Positions 7,927 to 11,467 of a stretch of 11,467 nucleotides of DNA are shown piece after piece. Positions within the stretch are counted from its first letter, which is position 1. The number at the start of each line of letters is the position of its first letter. The notes beneath the pieces were generated by a model that worked only from the letters and a program-made list of their open reading frames with translations, did not search any database and had not been told where the DNA came from. A program made the translations under genes and the position numbers. Location of the stretch: NCBI GenBank assembly GCA_029863805.1, contig JAOTUR010000097.1, positions 1 through 11,467 of the forward strand. Direction: 5' to 3'. Origin of the DNA: Candidatus Krumholzibacteriia bacterium. Its GTDB lineage: Bacteria; Krumholzibacteriota; Krumholzibacteriia; WVZY01.

Positions 7927-7956
7927 TAGTCATGCCGCCGGGACCTAAGATATAAT
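7927..7956 (+). promoter_or_regulatory. Putative sigma70-type promoter for the GT2/rmlD-like operon (-35 TAGTCA 7927-7932, 18-bp spacer, -10 TATAAT 7951-7956)
   Basis: A perfect TATAAT hexamer is seen directly in the sequence. A 4/6 match to TTGACA sits at the correct spacing. It lies in the 195-bp divergent intergenic region. Predicted only; it would place the transcription start near 7963. Confidence 0.3.
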
Positions 7957-7993
7957 GTGGCCTTATCGATCGCCCGGCGTCCGGTGCCCCACC

Positions 7994-8923
7994 ATGATAG
8001 CCTCGAGCCAAACAACGTCTTCCACCGCTGATCCTGCCCATACGCTACGAGTGGCTATTATCGTGCTGACGTGGAACGGCAAGGCGCTGACGCTCGACTG
8101 TCTCGAATCGCTTGTCGCCCTCGACCATATGAACACGGACATCATCGTCGTCGACAACGCCTCCGCAGACGGCACCCCGCAGGCGATCGAACAGCGTTAC
8201 GGCGATCGCATCACAGTGATCGTCAACGAACAAAACCTGGGGTACTCGCAAGGCAACAACGTCGGCATTACTCACGCGCTCGATACCGGCGCAGGATACA
8301 TATTGCTACTCAATAACGACACCATCGTGGACCGTGCGCTCGTAGACAATCTGCTATACGCTTTCGCAACCCATGCACGGACGGGCATAGCTGGGCCGAA
8401 GATTTACTTCGCTTCGCCACCCGATCAGATTTGGTTTGCGGGGGGAGAGGTTTCGCTTGCCAAAGGCACGGCTCGGCATATCGGCATCCGCCATCGGGAC
8501 GTCGGACAATTCGACTCGATGCGTGAAGTGGACTACGTCAGTGGTTGCGCGCTGATCGCAAAACGCGAGGTTTTCCAGACGATCGGTCTTCTTGATCCAT
8601 CGTACCGGGCTTACTTCGAGGACACGGACTTTTGCATGCGAGCGAGAAGGCACGGTTTCGAGATCCGCTATGTACCCGCCGCGAAAGTCTGGCACAGAGT
8701 GTCATCCAGCGTCGGCGGCCAGTTGAGCTGGCGCAAAATGTCCCAAAAATTTAAGAGCACGCTTCGATTTTTCGCACGTTACTCTTCACTACATCACTGG
8801 CTCACCATACCTCTGTTCTTTGCTTTTGACGTGGTGAGAATTGTTGCTCTGGTTCTACGTGGCAGAATAAGAAACGTGACGGATGTCGAGAATGCATCCG
8901 GGTCGGGCGGAGACCAACCATGA
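7994..8923 (+). CDS. Family 2 glycosyltransferase (GT-A fold), with C-terminal membrane anchor
   Basis: LRVAIIVLTWNG...DIIVVDNASADGT (DxD-type motif)...GYILLLNNDT...YFEDTDFCMRARRHGFEIRYVP are typical GT2 signatures. The C-terminal HWLTIPLFFAFDVVRIVALVL is a hydrophobic hairpin. The track ORF begins at 7955, but that ATG overlaps a perfect TATAAT (7951-7956), so the downstream ATG at 7994 (MIASSQ...) is preferred. Neither start has a clear Shine-Dalgarno sequence, so the start is uncertain (7955 is the alternative). The stop TGA 8921-8923 overlaps the next gene's ATG. Confidence 0.75.
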   Translation: MIASSQTTSSTADPAHTLRVAIIVLTWNGKALTLDCLESLVALDHMNTDIIVVDNASADGTPQAIEQRYGDRITVIVNEQNLGYSQGNNVGITHALDTGAGYILLLNNDTIVDRALVDNLLYAFATHARTGIAGPKIYFASPPDQIWFAGGEVSLAKGTARHIGIRHRDVGQFDSMREVDYVSGCALIAKREVFQTIGLLDPSYRAYFEDTDFCMRARRHGFEIRYVPAAKVWHRVSSSVGGQLSWRKMSQKFKSTLRFFARYSSLHHWLTIPLFFAFDVVRIVALVLRGRIRNVTDVENASGSGGDQP

Positions 8924-9780
8924 CAATCGCCATCATCGGCGCCGATGGTCAGCTGGGCAAAGATGTGCAGCTGGCGCTAAAGGCGCACGACACGAGGCCC
9001 ATCGCCCACGGCGAGGTCGACATCACCGATGCCGCGAAGGTCGTCGCGGCCATCGCAGCCATTCACCCCGACTGGGTGATCAACACCGCCGCCATGACTC
9101 ACGTCGATGACTGCGAGGGGCAGCATATGAGGGCGTTCGAGATCAACGCCTTGGGTGCCCGTCACGTGGCTGAGGCGAGCCGGCAAGTCGGTGCCGCCTT
9201 GATCCATATAAGCACCGATTACGTGTTTGATGGTGAGAAGAAGACGCCCTACATGGAAGGGGATGCCACACATCCGTTAAATGTCTACGGAATCTCCAAG
9301 CTCGCAGGTGAATTCTATGTCCGCAACACCTGCCCCGTTTACTATATCATTCGCACCAGCGGTCTCTACGGTACCCACAAATGCAGGGGCAAGGGCCAGA
9401 ATTTTGTAGAGACCATGCTGAAGCTCGCCAAGGAAAAGGAGAGCCTGCGTATCGTGAGCGACGAAGTGTTGACACCCACGTTTACCGAGGACCTGGCGCG
9501 GCAGATCGATGTGCTGGTCGAGTCTAAACCACCCCACGGCATCTATCACGCAACTAACGACGGCGCATGTTCGTGGTTCGATTTTGCCAAAGAGATCTTC
9601 CGCATTGCGGCGATTGAGGTCGCCGTCGAAGAAACGACGGCCTCGCAGTGGAATGCCCCGGCCAGGCGTCCGGCATACTCGGTGCTCGAAAATAAGGCGC
9701 TAAAACGAGCCGGCATCGACGCGATGTCGCACTGGAAGGACGCACTGGGGCGTTATCTGTCCAAGAAGATCGGGCGCTAG
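8920..9780 (+). CDS. rmlD: dTDP-4-dehydrorhamnose reductase family (RmlD-like) NAD(P)H-dependent sugar-nucleotide reductase
   Basis: 286 aa. N-terminal Rossmann motif IAIIGADGQLG. YGISK (the YxxxK catalytic pair of SDR/RmlD). The RmlD-typical layout (INTAAMTHVDDCE...ISTDYVFDG...P...NVYGISKLAGE) and length. GGAG lies 7 nt upstream of the ATG at 8920. The start overlaps the GT2 stop (ATGA), indicating translational coupling. Confidence 0.75.
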   Translation: MTIAIIGADGQLGKDVQLALKAHDTRPIAHGEVDITDAAKVVAAIAAIHPDWVINTAAMTHVDDCEGQHMRAFEINALGARHVAEASRQVGAALIHISTDYVFDGEKKTPYMEGDATHPLNVYGISKLAGEFYVRNTCPVYYIIRTSGLYGTHKCRGKGQNFVETMLKLAKEKESLRIVSDEVLTPTFTEDLARQIDVLVESKPPHGIYHATNDGACSWFDFAKEIFRIAAIEVAVEETTASQWNAPARRPAYSVLENKALKRAGIDAMSHWKDALGRYLSKKIGR

Positions 9781-10046
9781 AAGATCGTCTTTAGCAGGCC
9801 GATGACGCCCAAAACAACAAAGGCGACCGGCACGACGAGAATCGTAAAGACAAACGGCAGGACAACCGATGCCAGCCCCAACATGAGCGCGACCACGGGG
9901 ATCAGGAATATCAATCCCAATACACCTTTTACCAGGCACAGCGCCAGTTTGAAGGGCAACAACACACACCAGAACAATATCTTGAGCAACGCGACGAAGA
10001 AAATACCCAGTAAGGCAATCACCGCTAAAGCGACGAGCAGCTCCAT
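9777..10046 (-). CDS. Hypothetical small integral membrane protein (90 aa, about 3 TM helices)
   Basis: ORF 9777..10124 (-). Start chosen at MELLVALAVIALLGIFFVALL (ATG 10046-10044) with GAGGTG about 12 nt upstream. Almost entirely hydrophobic (L/V/I/F/A), with a few Lys and essentially no acidic residues after the N-terminus. It fills the otherwise gene-free 376-bp gap between the rmlD-like gene and the pepN-like gene. Its TAG stop (9779-9777) overlaps the rmlD-like TAG (9778-9780). No homolog recognised; it could be an antisense artefact of a T-rich strand. Confidence 0.45.
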   Translation of the reverse strand: MELLVALAVIALLGIFFVALLKILFWCVLLPFKLALCLVKGVLGLIFLIPVVALMLGLASVVLPFVFTILVVPVAFVVLGVIGLLKTIF

Positions 10047-10156
10047 GTCACGATCACCCACCTCATCGTTGGGGACGATATGAATTACGATGGAATTCCA
10101 AGAGAAGTTACACATCACCCACACAGTTTATTCGACGAGGAGGTCCCCCGTTGCAA

Positions 10157-11467
10157 ATGCGTAAAGTGAGATTAACTGTTCTAGCAACAATGGCTTGTGT
10201 CATTGCAATGCCTGCTGGCTCTCACGCGAGTCGGGTTGACCGACCGTATCAGCCCGACCCCCTGTCCTACGTCGCCCCCAGCCGCAACTTCCACACCATT
10301 CACACGCGGTTGGATCTCGACCTCGATTTGAAGCAACAATCCATCTCCGGTTCGGTCACCCACACCATGCGTGCGCTGCGGCCGCAAGTCACGTCCATCC
10401 GGTTGAACTGTGTCGGGCTAACCATCGAGGACGTCCACGTCAATGGCCAGCGGGCGGATTTCGAGTATCCGGTCGCCGGCGAGTTGGCCACGTCGTGGAT
10501 CGAGGTGGCCGACACCAAGGAAGCCGGTGACCAACTGGTCATCCATAGCGGCTCGCCTTTGCCCGAAGACCGTGATTTCGAGGTGACGATTCGCTACCGG
10601 GGGTCGCCTTCCGAGGGGCTGTATTTTGTGGCGCCGGAGAAAGGGATAAGCGACAAGCGGTACGAAGTGTGGGCACAGGGGGAGGGGGAGGACAATCGGT
10701 ACTGGATACCCTGCTACGACTACCCAAACGACAAGTCCACCTTTGAGGGGATCTTTAGGGTCGACAAAGGCTACTACGTGTTGTCAAACGGGGTGTTGGT
10801 CGACAAGAGGGATCTAGGTAACCAGACGCAGTATCACTGGAAGCTCGATACCCCCCAGGTGTCTTACTTGATCACGGTTGCCGCGGCCAATTACGAGGTA
10901 GTCGAGGACAAGTGGCGCGATGTACCTCTCCTGTACGTCGTTCCACCGGGGACCGACCGAGCCACCGTGCTGCGCGGTTTTGGTCTCACACCCAAGATGA
11001 TGGAGTTCTTTTCGGAGTACATAGGGATCGACTACCCGTTCAAAAAATACGGTCAAGTTGTTGTTCAGAACTTTATTTACGGCGGCATGGAGAACACCAC
11101 CGCCACCGTTATGAATGCGCGGACGCTCTACGACGAGCACATGGCGGTGACGCAGACTCAGCAGGGTCTGGTCGCCCATGAACTGGCTCATCAATGGTGG
11201 GGCGACATGGTCACGTGCAACGAGTGGTCACACATCTGGCTCAACGAAGGATTCGCGACTTACTTCCAATCGCTTTTCCGGGAGCACCACGATGGTGACG
11301 ACGCTTTTCGTTATCAGATCGACCAGCGCCATAAAGCCGTCATCACCAATGATGAACGCGACGCCCGTCCCGTCGTGGTCGACTTTTACAACCGTAAGGA
11401 CAGCCGGAACAGCGCCAACGTGTACACAAAAGGGGCCAGCGTGCTTCACATGCTGCGTTTTCTAATT
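10157..11467 (+). CDS. pepN: M1 family aminopeptidase N-like zinc metallopeptidase, secreted (N-terminal 437 codons; 3' end lies outside the window)
   Basis: ATG at 10157 preceded by GAGGAGG about 13 nt upstream. Signal-peptide-like N-terminus MRKVRLTVLATMACVIAMPAGSHAS. Canonical M1 motifs: GGMENTT (GAMEN exopeptidase motif), HELAHQWWGDMVT (HEXXH at aa 341-345), WLNEGFATY with Glu 18 residues after the second His. The frame runs open to the window end (exactly 437 codons). Confidence 0.85.
   Translation, partial: MRKVRLTVLATMACVIAMPAGSHASRVDRPYQPDPLSYVAPSRNFHTIHTRLDLDLDLKQQSISGSVTHTMRALRPQVTSIRLNCVGLTIEDVHVNGQRADFEYPVAGELATSWIEVADTKEAGDQLVIHSGSPLPEDRDFEVTIRYRGSPSEGLYFVAPEKGISDKRYEVWAQGEGEDNRYWIPCYDYPNDKSTFEGIFRVDKGYYVLSNGVLVDKRDLGNQTQYHWKLDTPQVSYLITVAAANYEVVEDKWRDVPLLYVVPPGTDRATVLRGFGLTPKMMEFFSEYIGIDYPFKKYGQVVVQNFIYGGMENTTATVMNARTLYDEHMAVTQTQQGLVAHELAHQWWGDMVTCNEWSHIWLNEGFATYFQSLFREHHDGDDAFRYQIDQRHKAVITNDERDARPVVVDFYNRKDSRNSANVYTKGASVLHMLRFLI

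Noticed and set aside
8045-8695. Minus-strand ORFs 8045..8275 and 8354..8695, plus 8071..8316 (+) and 8883..9110 (+) in alternative frames
   Set aside because: They are embedded in the GT2 or rmlD-like coding sequence in other frames. Basic/low-complexity translations.
9802-10083. 93-aa Thr/Lys-rich plus-strand ORF
   Set aside because: Mirror image of the hydrophobic minus-strand ORF. Low complexity and no RBS. At most one of the two is real, and the membrane protein is the more plausible.
10091-10100. 10-bp perfect palindrome TGGAATTCCA (with a GAATT direct repeat just upstream) in the pepN-like promoter region
   Set aside because: Short enough to occur by chance. No second copy seen in the window. 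It is kept only as a possible operator half-site.
1-11467. Search for CRISPR repeats, tandem repeats, tRNA/rRNA, IS inverted repeats, integrase/transposase-like ORFs, toxin-antitoxin pairs or defence-island signatures
   Set aside because: No spaced direct repeats, no long terminal inverted repeats, no recombinase-like translations and no abrupt compositional shift were seen. The window reads as ordinary chromosomal backbone apart from the unusual domain fusions described.

Overview
This 11.5-kb window reads as a moderately GC-rich (~57%) bacterial chromosomal stretch carrying nine protein-coding genes on both strands. No rRNA, tRNA, CRISPR array, insertion sequence or other mobile element is visible. 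All calls rest on motif recognition by eye in the supplied translations, not on database searches. Gene order: (1) the 3' end of an MscS-family mechanosensitive channel gene (+); (2) a convergent stand-alone tandem-CBS-domain protein (-); (3) a 981-aa secreted protein (+) that joins a gluzincin M1-type zinc metallopeptidase module (GGMEYP, HEIAH-x18-E, WLDEGFA) to a C-terminal Omp85-like outer-membrane beta-barrel (LRGY loop motif, C-terminal -SFF), an architecture reminiscent of type Vd/PlpD-style self-export and the most unusual thing here; (4) gpmI, 2,3-bisphosphoglycerate-independent phosphoglycerate mutase (-), apparently with a TTG start; (5) immediately upstream of gpmI and probably co-transcribed, a 752-aa membrane-anchored multidomain protein (-) with an SPFH/band-7-like region, a nucleotide pyrophosphatase/phosphodiesterase (alkaline-phosphatase-superfamily) domain and about 4-5 C-terminal TPR repeats; (6) a GT2 family glycosyltransferase (+), whose stop overlaps by ATGA the start of (7) an RmlD-like dTDP-4-dehydrorhamnose reductase family gene (+); (8) a putative 90-aa, almost purely hydrophobic 3-TM protein (-) whose stop overlaps the rmlD-like stop; (9) the 5' 437 codons of a canonical, signal-peptide-bearing M1 aminopeptidase N-like gene (+; GGMEN, HELAHQWWG-x18-E, WLNEGFATY). 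Overall the locus looks like cell-envelope biogenesis and surface proteolysis (two secreted M1 peptidases, a glycosyltransferase, a sugar-nucleotide reductase, a membrane-tethered phosphodiesterase) interleaved with housekeeping gpmI. The divergent intergenic regions carry sigma70-like -10 boxes and GC-rich palindromes.
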